A stretch of 63,883 nt of DNA, filler included, from Octopus bimaculoides (Eukaryota): NCBI RefSeq assembly GCF_001194135.2. It is 4 parts of 4 records of this genome, joined end to end, with 100 filler letters (N's around TTAATTAATTAA, not from the genome) between each part and the next. Parts side by side here need not be neighbours in the genome. Positions count along the whole stretch, not along the records: positions 1 to 29,098 come from NC_068982.1; 3 more parts are not named here. The stretch is one strand, 5' to 3'. The translations under genes were made by a program, and so were the position numbers. Positions 1 to 12,559 of this stretch are shown here, piece after piece (position 1 is the first letter of the stretch; each line of letters starts with the position of its first letter). Under the pieces are notes generated by a model, which made no database searches, had not been told where the DNA came from, and saw only the letters and a program-made list of their open reading frames with translations.

Positions 1-17
1 TATACATATACATACAG

Positions 18-403
18 AAATACATGACAACAGCCGCCCTCATATCGCCAATATAACCAAGGAAGCCATTCAAACGCATGGATGGGAAGTGCTGCCCCAC
101 CTGCCATACTCTCCTGATTTGGCACCAACAGATGTCCACCTCTCTCCATCCCTTTCAAATGCTATGCACAGAGTTTCGTTCAATACTGATGCAAAATTGA
201 GAGCTTTGTTGGATCAATTTTTCGAGTTGAAATCAGGTGATTTCTACCAACGAGGTATTGAAAATCTTGTTGAACGTTGGGAAGAAGTTATAAACAATTG
301 AAGGGTGAATACAGTATTGATTAATTAGTTGTTATTTTTTACTAGACCTTTTAAAAAATTTAAATTTTAAAAAAATGGCGGGATCTTAATTACCAACCCA
401 ATA
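18..403 (+). mobile_element. Mariner transposase C-terminal remnant with right TIR
   Basis: HDNSRPH...GWEVLPHLPYSPDLAPTD...FYQRGIENLVERWEEV; ends ttaccaacccaaTA. Confidence 0.9.
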
Positions 404-537
404 ATTATAATAATGGAAGTGGATGAATCTAATAGTAACTATGTATCCAATTTATTTGTAAGTAGCAATGATATGATTAAAAATAGTAATAATATCAATA
501 AGAACAAGTGCAGAAATATATCCTGAATAAAAATGGA

Positions 538-830
538 TCATCATCATCATCCTCATCATCATCATCGTTTAACGTCTTTGCAGAATCAGTAGCCTAGTTC
601 CCTCTTCATTTCTGGTACTCCCTATTCCAAAGCTATTACCTTCCCAGGAGAGTTTATGCTTATGTGCTTTGCCTGTGAGGTCTCTGGCTGATGATCCTCT
701 CCATCTTACCTCTTGTGCACAACATACATCAACCCGTCTCCATTCAAATATCTCTACAATCTCGCTAGACCTATCTTTCAATGTGCCTACATTTAGAGTG
801 CCAAATCTGAAAGCTGGCAAAGAGGTATTG
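538..830 (-). mobile_element. RTE-clade LINE, APE endonuclease N-terminus fused to the 3' (GAT)n tail
   Basis: RFGTLNVGTLKDRSSEIVEIF...VDVCCAQEVRWRG followed directly by gacgttaaacgatgatgatg. Confidence 0.8.
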
Positions 831-1577
831 GAGATAACACAGGAAGGAGAGATCTTATTCAGTACCAGAAAAGAAGGTTCCCATGAACTTTGGTAACAGG
901 GATCATAATAGTTGTTGCTTTTAACCTACCTTCATTCAAATATGTTAGAGCTGTTAAGATTGTTATCTCTACTTGAGTGAGGAAACATTGAATATGAAAG
1001 TGTTGGGAGTGCTGTAAATATAATCGTAATGAGCCTAATGGGTGAAGCATCACTGACACTGAAAATATGTGTAAATAGATAAAAAATAATGAGTGGTCTA
1101 GAAAGAGATTTCCGGGTGGGCTGATACAAAAAGTCATTTTATGGGCTAGATCAAACAAGGAGTTATTTTAGAGAAAAGTATGAGATAAGTATATACATGT
1201 GGCCAAGAAACAGGTTAGTCATTGTGGGATTAGAAGAAACAAGAAAGAATTATTTTCAGAAGATAGATGAATTTGAATGAATGAGGTAATTAAGAAAAAA
1301 ACAAAAGAGATTCTTAACTTAGGTGTGCATATTTTCAAGTGTCATCAGCTGTCGAATGCATGGAATAAACTAACAAAGTCTGAGAGAGGTAGGGGGCAGG
1401 TGTGGAGACAACAGCCAGAAATGGATGAAGTAGGCAGCCTTAGCCTCAGGCTTCAAGGAGGAATAGCAGGGAATAGCCATTACAACAAGAGATAAGAGAG
1501 ATACAGACAGGAAAGAAATTATTTTCGTGAATGCTATGGAAAGGTTATTTTAAGGGCTAGAGCAAACAAGAAGGAGT

Positions 1578-1625
<48 letters not shown>

Positions 1626-2130
1626 GATATATATATATAAACAAAACACAACTCTCAATTTCATGCATCCTAATCTTTCTAACTATTATCTACATGGATT
1701 ACCATTGAACTTTAAAAGCTCAAAGACAATATAATGTATTAGTATATTTATTTTTTTATATATTATATTTTTCTATATTATTTTTTACTTTTTTGTAAAA
1801 AACATTTTCATTCTCCCTCTTCTTGAAAATTTGCCATGCAATGAAAGCCGGTTAGAAATCCTTTTTACACATCTATATTAATATATGCTTTCNNNNNNNN
1901 NNNNNNNNNNNNNNNNNNNNNNNNNNNNNNNNNNNNNNNNNNNNNNNNNNNNNNNNNNNNNNNNNNNNNNNNNNNNNNNNNNNNNNNNNNNNNNNNNNNN
2001 NNNNNNNNNNNNNNNNNNNNNNNNNNNNNNNNNNNNNNNNNNNNNNNNNNNNNNNNNNNNNNNNNNNNNNNNNNNNNNNNNNNNNNNNNNNNNNNNNNNN
2101 NNNNNNNNNNNNNNNNNNNNNNNNNNNNNN

Positions 2131-2171
<41 letters not shown>

Positions 2172-2261
2172 ATGTCTATGATCCTATATGTATTTTACAA
2201 ATGGGAGGACTGTTTCGGTGAAATATATTTGCTATATTCTCCATGCATGTTTACATACACG

Positions 2262-2421
2262 TGCAGGAGTGGCAGTGCAGTAAGTAACTTGCTTACCAGC
2301 CACATGATCCCAGGTTCAGTCCCACTTCATGCCACCTTGGGCGAGTGTCTTCTACTATAGCCTTGGGCAACCAAAGCCTTGTGAGTGGATTTGGTAGACG
2401 GAAACTGAAAGAAGCCAGTTG

Positions 2422-2461
<40 letters not shown>

Positions 2462-2685
2462 TATATATGTATATGTTTGTGTGTGTCTCTGTTTGTCCCC
2501 CCACCCTCGCTTGATAACCAATGTTGGTATGCTTATGTCCCCGTAACTTAGCAGTTCAGCAAAACAGACTAGTAGAATAAGTGCTAGGCTTACAAAGACT
2601 AAGTCCTGGGTTCGATTTGTTCGACTAAAGGCGGTGCTCCAGCATGGCCACAGTCAAATGACTGAAACAAATAGAATAAAAGAAT
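2262..2685 (+). mobile_element. tRNA-derived SINE family A, near full length, internal (TA/CA/TG)n
   Basis: A/B-box-like head (ggttcagtccca), body ccttgggc..gtgtcttctactatagcc, tail gactgaaacaa.taaaagaata; many other copies in the window. Confidence 0.85.
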
Positions 2686-2839
2686 ATATATATATTCCAT
2701 CACTACTACTATCCACAACGGGTCATTGTCAGGGCACTTGACCATTTAACATACTACTATCATAGCACTCCTGCATTCTTCTTCTTCTTCTTCTTCTTCT
2801 TCTTCTTCTTCTTCTCCTCCTCCTCCTCCCACCCTCCTC

Positions 2840-3665
2840 TGTATATGCACACTGGCATTATCTATCCAATACAGCATACTAGCTTCATTTCTTCGAAACC
2901 TTTGCATATCTTCAGTAGTCATAGTCCATATCTCACTCCATTTAGCATAGCTGATTGTACACAGGCATCGTACAATCTGCCTTTCACTCTGAGGTAATAG
3001 CTCTGAACTTCACCCCACCTATTCTTATTCTAGCTGCTGTACTTTCAGAACAACCACCCCCATTTATAACTTGGTTACCCAAGTAACAGAAACTGTCCGC
3101 CACTTCTGAGGATCACCCCTGACATTTGAGGGAGTGTGTTTTTTGCACATTCTTTCTGTTTAATGTATCTGGACATTTTCCACATGTAAAGACTACTTTC
3201 TGCTAATCTTCCAGTGGTACTGCTGCACCTCTGATGTGTCCATAGCTTGTACTCAGTGGACTGTATGGAGTTTCTCTTGACACCTTTTGTAAATCTCGAG
3301 CCGGGCCATCTCCCGGAAAGGATCTGTGATTCTCCTACTTATTAATATTTTAGTCTTTGTTAAATTAGCTTTAAGGCTCTTTGATTCCAGTCTGTGATTC
3401 CTTACCTGCAATATCTTCTCGACTTCTGGTAGTGATTCAGCAATAAGAACAAGGTCATCGGTATATAGAAGCTCACAAAGCAGCCAGTCTTAAATTCCAC
3501 ACTTACAGCCTGGACGACTATGATAAACAAGAAGGAGCTAAGAACTGACCCCTGGTGGACTCCTTGTACACTAAACTCCTATACTCAATGGTGTTTCTCA
3601 CCTTATTGACAACATCCCTGTACATGGCTTGTACAGCCCTCACCAACCACTCATCTATCCCTAGC
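2840..3665 (-). mobile_element. RTE-clade LINE reverse transcriptase remnant
   Basis: Frameshifted EWLVRAVQAMY, HQGSVLSPLLFII, LLY(A)DDL, DSFCYLGNQV..GGGCSES..ARIRIG. Confidence 0.85.
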
Positions 3666-4309
3666 CTCCACTTTATCTCCAGCTAAGGAATCGGGATACC
3701 TGGATGATATTTTCCACCAAGATATTACAACTGTATCTGATTTTTCAAGTGCTTCAATTCTGTGTGTATACATATATATTTACTAGATTGCTGACATTTA
3801 TCAATGATTCTTCTGTTGTACTGATGGGCCATTTCCTATCATTAATGAAACTGTCATCATTCTTGTTGACATCGGTATGCTAGTGAAATAAGAAACCATA
3901 TCCCGTTTTCAACCATTGTGTTACATTCTGTTTCAAACAGGTTTATCTGACTTCCTTTTAGATCTTTCTACATTCCAATCTAATGATTCACAGTTATTTC
4001 AAATCAAAATATATCGCATATCTTGATTTAATATTCAGCTATTGAAATAACCTGTGTTCTGATATGTACACTCTTACAGATCAGTCTAAATATATATCTA
4101 TATGAGCACATATAAACAAGCAGTCAACGATAAAAAGTGACTGAGGTATTCACACACATATACACACAAAGAGTCTTTCCAAACTTTGTGGACTGACTCA
4201 CACTACTAAGTTCAGATGGAGAGAAAAGACTTCGGGTGGTGAGGCTCTGTCTATGTAGCCACTTGAGAGTATGCAACTCTTTCACATGAACTTTGGACAC
4301 AAAAATCTG

Positions 4310-4985
4310 CCACCATATCATTATCATCATCATCGTCGTCATCATCATTTAATGTCCATTATCCATGTTGGCATGTGTTAGCTGGTTTGACTAGAGCTGG
4401 TAACCACCTGGTTCCAGTTTGTTTTGGCTTGGTTTCATTCGGCCGAAGTTTACTTATATATCCTTGCTTGCGAAGACCTGTTGGGGCAAGTGAAATTGAA
4501 ATCGTAATTGAACCATATTCAATAACTGGCTCTTGTGCCAGTAGAGCACTAACAGCACTGTCTGAGCGTGCTCATTGCCAGAGCAGCTGTCTGGCTTCCA
4601 TGCTAGTGGCCCGTAAATAGCACCATTTGAGTATGATCGTTACCAGCGTCGCCTTCTGGCACTTGTGCTGGTGGCACGTTAGAAAATCATTCGAGTAAGG
4701 TTGTTGCCAGTGCCGCTGGACTGGCTCTTGTGTGGGTGGCATGTAAAAAACACCATTTTGAGCGTGGCTGTTGCCAGTACCGTGTGACTGTCCCTCGTGC
4801 TGGTGGCATGTAAAAGCACCCACTACACTCTTGGAGTGGTTGGTGTTAGGAAGGGCATCCAGCTGTAGAAACTCTGCCAAATCAGATTGGAGCCTGGTGT
4901 AGCCACCTGGTCCACCAGTCCTCAGTCAAATCATCCAACCCATGCTAGCATGGAAAGTGGACGTTAAACAATGATGATGATGATG
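4310..4985. mobile_element. RTE 3'UTR-derived repeat: plus copy (~4430-4985) with an inverted 3'-end fragment (~4310-4430)
   Basis: catgctagcatggaaagtggacgttaaa(GAT)n tail; tandem gccac/ggcac subrepeats; inverted tail on the left. Confidence 0.8.
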
Positions 4986-4991
4986 ATTTGT

Positions 4992-5660
4992 ATCATAAAA
5001 GTATTAATGCTAAATTAATATGAATGTCCATTCTAATCAGCAAATTTATCGCATAAACATTTTGCAATGAGAAGGGGAGTCTGGCTGAAATTCAAATGAA
5101 ATTATACATGGTCTTGGCAAACAAGATATTGAAAGTGGGGGAAATCCTAGATTCATTAACTAAGTCACATTTGAATAATAATAATAATAACAAGAACTTA
5201 GCTGTTGATTCAAAAAAGTGTGAGCGATCGAGCAGATGATTCATGAATGGCAGCAAAGAAACAACAGACGCTGGACACAGACCTTGTGCAAAATCAGTTT
5301 ACAGACACTAGACACAAACTAAGTTTACATAGTACATAGCTAGATGGCCTTAGAAGAAAAGCTGGAGTTTATAATTATTATTATTATTATTATTATCATG
5401 AAAATATTGATACTAAATTAATATAAGTGTACATTTTAATTGACAAATTTATCGCATAAGCATTTTGAAAAGAGAAGAAAAGTCTGGCTGAAATTCAAAT
5501 GAAATTACATATGGCCTTGGAAAACTAATTATTGAAAGAAGAGGGTGAAATCCCAGATTCATTAATTAAGTCACATTTGAATGATAATAAGAATTACTTA
5601 GTTGTTGATTCAAGAAAGAGTGACTGATCGAGTAGTTGATTCTTGAATGGTAAGGAAGAA
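4992..5660 (+). repeat. Diverged direct duplication of a ~265-bp unit (4992-5262 and 5396-5660)
   Basis: Shared blocks aaatttatcgcataa.cattttg, agtctggctgaaattcaaatgaaatta, taagtcacatttgaat. Confidence 0.8.
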
Positions 5661-5718
5661 ATGGAACGATATTTGGGAAACTATTTTAAATATACAACCA
5701 ACCGTCCCTCCATCCATC

Positions 5719-6640
5719 TATTGGGTCATCCCATACATAATGCAGTTTTTTTCAATTGCATGAACTAAAAGTCGGAGGGGAACAAGATAAACTACCTGCA
5801 TCAACTTGATATAAAAGCAGGTAGTAATTTTACCTTGGTCTTAGTCTTAGTGCAAGTTTTGAAGAGTGCAGCTTGATTTTAACAGTTATTTTTTCAAATC
5901 TATAATGGAAGTGACAAAGGAGCATGTTCGGCATATTTTGCTTTATATAGTCAATAAAGACAACAATGCAACAGAAAATGCATGCAATATTAATGCAGTA
6001 TATGGGGATCGAACAATAAGCATAAGCCGGTGTCAATGGTCGTTCCACTAATTCCAAGCCAGAAACTATAGCCTAGAAGACAAGTCTCATCCTAGAAGAT
6101 CTGTAGAGCTTGACAAGGATGCCCTGCAAACCCAAGTGGAACAAAATCCCATCGTAACTGTTGAGGAACTAGCAAACAAGCCTGGATTTGGTCATTCAAC
6201 CATTCATTAACATCAGTGCTAGAAGGAAAAAAACGACCATCTTACATTTCAAGATGAAAGCTGTTCTGCCATCTGAATAATGCTCAGCCATATACAGCAA
6301 AGATGACATTCCAAAGGTTGGAGCAGTTTGAATGAGAAACGATGCTCCACCCACCATATTCACTGTACATTGCCCCATCTGATTAATCATTTTCCCCCTG
6401 CAATCTTCAAAATCATTTGAACTGGAAAAATATGAATTTTGTAGTACTGGAGGAGAATTTTTCGTCACAAACAAGTGAATTTTGGAAGAGGGTCCTTGCA
6501 AGTCTACCAAATAGCTGGAAGAGCATAAAAGAAAATGAAGGAGAGTATATTTTAGATAAAAAAAGGAACTTTGTTTATCTTAATTTTGAAAAATAAAAGA
6601 AGTGTTAAAAAAACCACACTATTAATGGGATGACTCAATA
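5719..6640 (+). mobile_element. Mariner element, internally deleted, both TIRs
   Basis: TIRs tattgggtcatcccata / atgggatgactcaata; MEVTKEHVRHILLY..NAVYGD HTH; degenerate HPPYS..APSD. Confidence 0.88.
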
Positions 6641-6644
6641 TATA

Positions 6645-7519
6645 CGAGGTCTGATCAATAAGTATCCGGACTGTTGCCATAGTAATGAAGCTAAAGCATG
6701 CAGAGTAAAGCTGTTTGGCACAGATTGACCTTGAACTCTGTTGGGCATGCACACAAAGTTTTAACATTCTAGCTCACTTCCGCAGTTTACAGCAGTGCTT
6801 CGAAGGAAGGTTTGTAGCATGCGATTGTCGCATTGACCATGATAGAGAAAGTTGCCATGACGATACATGCTCAGAGGCCTAGGCAAAGTTGCAAAAAGTG
6901 TATGGAGAGGAGCCACACACAAAGGTACGAGTGGTTCAGACGTTTCCAAAATGGCCGAAAAATGTCGATATTGATAAACGTTCTGGGAGACCCATAACCA
7001 ACAGAAATGAGAAAAACATCTCAGATGTGCATGCATCTGTGAGTGGAAGTCGTTGAATCACCATACATGAGTTATCAGAGGATGTGCAAATCAGTTACAG
7101 TTCAGTCCATTATCACTGAAGATTTGGGAATAAGATACATGTCTGCGAATTTTGTGCCAAGACCGCTTTCAGCTGATCAAGGAGACACTCAGGTTTTAGT
7201 AACACAAGAGCTCCTGAATTGTATTAAGAACGATGAAAACATTTTGGAAACTTTGCGTAGGCCTCTGAGCAGGTATTGCCAAGATTTTGGCAAAATTTGA
7301 TGCAGATTCTCTGCTCAGTTTTCTCAGTTATGGTAAATGTGACCATCACACGCTACACACTTTCCGACTGAGCACTGATGCAAGCAGCAGAACTGAGCTA
7401 GAATGCTAAAACTTAGTGTGCATGCACAGCAGAGGTCAAACTCAATCTGTGCCAAGCAACTTCACTCTGCAGGCTTTAGCTTCATGACTATGGTCCGAAC
7501 ACTTATTGATCAGACCACA
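6645..7519 (+). mobile_element. Second mariner element, truncated transposase, ~140-bp terminal inverted repeats
   Basis: TA flanks; cgaggtctgatcaataagt... mirrored at 7385-7519; YEWFRRFQNGR, RSGRP, SANFVPRPLS motifs. Confidence 0.88.
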
Positions 7520-7564
7520 TATCTATCTATCTATCTATCTATCTATACATACATATATACATAC

Positions 7565-7620
<56 letters not shown>

Positions 7621-8235
7621 GAAAAATGTGAAATCCTTAGTACAGTTAGGCATATTTGAAAAAGGAAAAGCATGACTTCACCGGTAGTTCTAATTAATTT
7701 AATTTTCTAATAATATAATATAATGGAACCAACAAGAGGACACATTCACAAGCCCTTCATAAATCACTTCTTAAACACCCCACCACCTCCCGACTCTACC
7801 CTCAATCAATTATCTGGTTTTTACCATTCACTACTTCCTGCTCTGATTCNNNNNNNNNNNNNNNNNNNNNNNNNNNNNNNNNNNNNNNNNNNNNNNNNNN
7901 NNNNNNNNNNNNNNNNNNNNNNNNNNNNNNNNNNNNNNNNNNNNNNNNNNNNNNNNNNNNNNNNNNNNNNNNNNNNNNNNNNNNNNNNNNNNNNNNNNNN
8001 NNNNNNNNNNNNNNNNNNNNNNNNNNNNNNNNNNNNNNNNNNNNNNNNNCAGAAAAGTTAAGAACAAATCTTTTAATTAGAACTAACAGTGAAATCATTC
8101 TTTTCCTTTTTCATATATATATGTGTGTGTGTATACACACACACACACAGAAATATATAAATGTATATACAAGTAAAGTAAAGAATAAAATTGAAGGTAC
8201 AATAATAGTCATTTTTTATTGCAAAATTAAGTTAC

Positions 8236-8455
8236 TTAAGGCAAGCCTGGTAACTGATGGTTTAGGGGTCTTGTTGTTTGTAACTTTTGATGAGCCATGG
8301 TGCAACCAACAACATGGTAAAAATCCCTGCCATTAATTTGATGTGGATGAGTAATGTCAAATAATTCCATGAAGTGTGTATCCATGACACTTCCATCACT
8401 TGCCACAGCTTCAAATACCATCACACAAGCAGGATTGTTAGTCTCAGACACAGGG
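8236..8455 (-). mobile_element. Tc1/mariner (maT/DD37D-like) transposase fragment
   Basis: SETNNPACVMVFEAVASDGSVM resembles TKHPASVMV.G.VASDG.VMPP. Confidence 0.55.
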
Positions 8456-9690
8456 GAGACGTCAGAAGGGTGCTATGTAATCATTAGAGAATTTCTGTAA
8501 TTCACCTCAGCATTTATACAGTGGACATCTTATCCACAAATTTGAAAGGGTGATTAATGGAAAATATGAGTGGAAAGGAACAATCTAAAGGATAAAGGAA
8601 GATGTTAAAAGAAGTGGTTTCAGATAGTGGGAGAGATAATTGGTGGCACAGAAAGATATGAATTATGTAGTTCTGCTCTCATTTAATTATAGCAGCTGAA
8701 GAGTGAATTTGTTAGAATAGTGATGAGGGGATAGGGAAGGTTTGACAATGACACATTGGCAAGGGATCCAGATGTATATATACATCATGCTCTAGAACTT
8801 CAGTCTCACAATGATGGGCAGGTCTTATTGAGTACTGTATTTTGCCAGTAATCCCATTTCTTGGTTATCTCATCCACAAGGACCAAAATCCTAAAGTCAA
8901 CCTTTACTAATTTCTTACAAGTCTTTCTGTGTCTTCCTCTTCTGCAAACTCCATCTATCTGTGTAAATTGATTTATCAGTGATATAGGAATAAAACAATA
9001 ATAATAATTGGAGACATAGTTACTTTTTTAAATAAATTTATTTTTACACAGTTTTCAGGATATACAAATATTTTTGTTAAAAATTCTATTTACAAAATTA
9101 ACACTCAATCAAAAATTCTTATCACAGTTCCTTGCACTGCTGATGTAAAAAATGCTGCTTGGCTGAGCTTATAGGGCGTTAGACTATCTATCAAGAGGCT
9201 GCTGATTAATATACCATCATCAGCCATATACATTGCCAAGATTTTTAACCTGTAAATGGCTGACTTAGTCATTTTATTTAGAAATAGGTACTATGGTGTT
9301 ATTACAGTACATCATAGTAAGTAAGAATAATATGAAGTAATTAATATTAGGAGCTCCATTAGCTTGCAATTCTCAGTTCAGATCTTCAAAAAAGCTTCAA
9401 GATAACTTGTAACTGTTTAGAACAAAGTACATTTCTTTCTCAGTCAGATTTGACAAGGGAACTGATATTGATGAAGTTCAGCCTGTTTTGGCCATTATAT
9501 GGTAGACAATTCCATGATAAATTTAAAATAACACATAACTAAAAAAGCCATGCATGCCTCTCAGGATAAGATGATAACTTAAAAGGTGAATAACTATAAT
9601 ATATTAACACTATTTAAAGATATTTTAACAACTATGAAGAGCTTTTGAATAATTCTAATTAGGATTTTATTTGATATTATAACAAAAAAT

Positions 9691-9691
<1 letters not shown>

Positions 9692-9732
<41 letters not shown>

Positions 9733-9870
9733 CGTGTGTGTGTGTGTGTGCATGTGTGTGTGTGTATGCAAAAAATATATATACACACATATATATACAT
9801 ATATGTATACACACATATATATACATATACATACATATATATACATACATACATATATATATATATATAC

Positions 9871-9901
<31 letters not shown>

Positions 9902-9902
9902 C

Positions 9903-9978
<76 letters not shown>

Positions 9979-9998
9979 GTATATATATATATACATAT
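9692..9998. repeat. Compound (TG)n/(TA)n microsatellite
   Basis: Directly visible. Confidence 0.95.
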
Positions 9999-10353
9999 AT
10001 CAAAATAAGCAACAAGGATATCCACAGTAATGCAGTATGATCGTTTCAAGCAACTCCATTTAATTGAACAATGCAATGATTACATCAATTTAAATGCAGA
10101 GCAATCCTCAGCTGCATAAAGACATAGAATTTAATTAAATTAAAACAGGTGGACACATTAGTATAATTTTACCTAAAATCTCCAAGAAGGTAAGGAGAAA
10201 GACAGAGAACATGCTGTCTTCACTTCAGCTTAAAAGCTACTGAGGATTGCTCTACATTTAAACTGATGTAATCATTGCATTGTTCAATTAAATGGAGTTG
10301 CTTGAAACAATTGTACTGCATTACCTCTGGATATCCAAGTTGCTTATTTTGAT
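9999..10353. mobile_element. Fold-back/MITE-like element with ~113-bp inverted arms
   Basis: 9999-10111 is the reverse complement of 10240-10353 with few mismatches. Confidence 0.85.
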
Positions 10354-10449
10354 TTTAATCACCTTATTTTGAAATTGTATGAATAATACCATACTTAATT
10401 CTGGTGCCACAACTCAATTGTACTATATTCATCTGAATCTATATATATG

Positions 10450-10486
<37 letters not shown>

Positions 10487-10566
10487 CCATAAATATATAC
10501 ATATATACATATACATACATATATATATATATATGTATATACATACATATTTATATATATATATGT

Positions 10567-10603
<37 letters not shown>

Positions 10604-10793
10604 TGTGTATACATACATATGTATATATGTATACATATATATATTCATACATATATATACATACATACATATATATATATNNNNNNNNNNAAATATATAC
10701 GTACGCATACATGAATATATTTTTCTAATCAATTATTGATGCAATTTTTTTCATTTTCTTTTACATTCACAAGTAAATAAAATATTTAGCTTG

Positions 10794-11037
10794 TTATACT
10801 TCAGTAGCTTCAACCTCTGGCTCATCTTCTGAATTACCGTAAAGAACTGTAGAATTATTGTTTATCTTGTTCATTTCTGCATCACGTTCTTTGATAACAC
10901 TGTCCAGATCTAATTTGGAGTTGTCTGCTGGCATTGGAAATGCTGTGTCACCATCAAAGTTGTAAAGATTGTTTGGTACAGCATTGATATTTTTATGATA
11001 CATACCATCAAATTCATTGTTAGTGTCTGAATACAAA
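10794..11037 (-). CDS. Cadherin-related protein, terminal coding exon LYSDTNNEFDG...EDEPEVEATEV*
   Basis: Acceptor cttgcttcttgtattattatAG, phase 2 matches the upstream exon; 80 codons then TAA; ends in T-E-V (class I PDZ-type motif). Confidence 0.85.
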
Positions 11038-11216
11038 CTATAATAATACAAGAAGCAAGATGAAAATATGTTAATAAATTAAAACCACAAATGTCATACT
11101 TCTCAAACATGTGCATGCACACACACACACATACATATGTATATATATATAATTGACAGAATGTGATTAAAAAATCCAAGGCTGTGAATAGTTTTCAGAA
11201 CATTTATAAAGAGAAG

Positions 11217-11264
11217 GTCTTACAGCTGTTTCCAGGATATTTTATATATCCCTTCATCAGAGAC
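11217..11264 (-). ncRNA. Minimal type I hammerhead ribozyme (PLE-type)
   Basis: gtct CTGATGA a gggata-tataaaa-tatcct g GAAAC agct GTA agac: stem I gtct/agac, intact core, palindromic stem III ACAGCTGT, GUA triplet. Confidence 0.8.
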
Positions 11265-11784
11265 GGTGTGAGAAAATGTTTGAGTAATAATTATTGTAGA
11301 GAAGATATGAAATACAATGGGAAGTGAAGGAATGAAAATAGAAGTGTGATACATAAGGGTATTGTATTTGCAGTTCCATTATTTAAGCAGAATGGTGTAT
11401 ATATAAGTTTCCTGTACCTTGTGTGCGAGTTCCAATGGTGTTTATATTTGGTCATTCCAAGCATAGAGTCTTGTAAACAGTGTTATTCGATCAAGGATTT
11501 TTTTTTTTTTTTTGGAGTGACTTAACAATTGGGAATGTGTTTATAAGGTAAAAATCAAAAACAGGAAGAGAACAGGAGGAAATAGAAGAAAAAAGGTTGG
11601 GAAATACAACAAATAAGTAAAGAAAGTGAAGATGTGTTAGCTAGTGGTCAGGATAAATGAGAGAAGGAAGGGGGAGAGGTGAGGGGGAGAGAGAGGAAGA
11701 GATGAGAGGGTAAAGAGTAAAAGAGTGTGAGGTATGTGAACAGGAGTGGTGTTATAGAGCTGCATTAAAGGATGGATACTGAAA

Positions 11785-12224
11785 ATCATCATCATCACCA
11801 GCATCATCATCATTTAACGTTCGCTTTCCATGCTAGCATGGGTTGGACGATTTGACTGGGGACTGGCGAACCGGATGGCTACACCAGACTCCAATATGAT
11901 CTGGCAGAGTTTCTACAGCTGGATGCCCTTCTTAATGCCAACCACTCTGAGAGTGTAGTGGGTGCTTTTCACGTACCACCGACATGAGGGTCAGTCCAGC
12001 AGTACGGGCAACGGTCATGCTCAAATGGTGTTTTTTACGTGCCACCTGCACAGGAGTCAGTCCAATGCTTTGTTCACATGCCACCGGCACAAGCGCCAGT
12101 AAGGCGAAGCTGGAAACGATCGCACTCAAATGGTACTTTTTACGTGCCACTGGCATGGGAGCGAGACCACTGCTCTGGCAGTGATCCCGCTTGGATGGTG
12201 CTGTTAGTGCTCCACTGGCACGGG
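11785..12224 (-). mobile_element. RTE 3'UTR-derived repeat
   Basis: (CAT)n ttaacgttcgctttccatgctagcatgggttgg...; inverted homologue of 4560-4985. Confidence 0.85.
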
Positions 12225-12559
12225 TAGAGAGAAAGTAAGGGTAGGGTGATGAGTAAGTGGGAATTAGTTTTGGTAATAAATTTGAGGTGGAATGAAGAAT
12301 ATAAATAATAAAGAATATAAGTCAAGTTGCTATAAATAGACATGTGTGATAGGTGAGCAGGAGAAGGAAGAAAGAATTTATATCTTTCAAGATGTATATA
12401 TACATACATACACATGTATCCATTCACTTATATAGACATAAACATACATTAACACATATATATGCATACAAACCCTTCTATGTTCACACACATTCGTATC
12501 TATTTTTGTATATATAAATTTTTGCATATATAAATGCATGTATGCAGACTCACACATGT

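Noticed and set aside
900-1580. Possible CR1-like LINE 3' remnant on the minus strand
   Set aside because: Only vague similarity to the C-terminal region; no diagnostic motif could be confirmed
9667-10739. Many ORFs rich in YI/CV/HT repeats
   Set aside because: Translations of dinucleotide microsatellites
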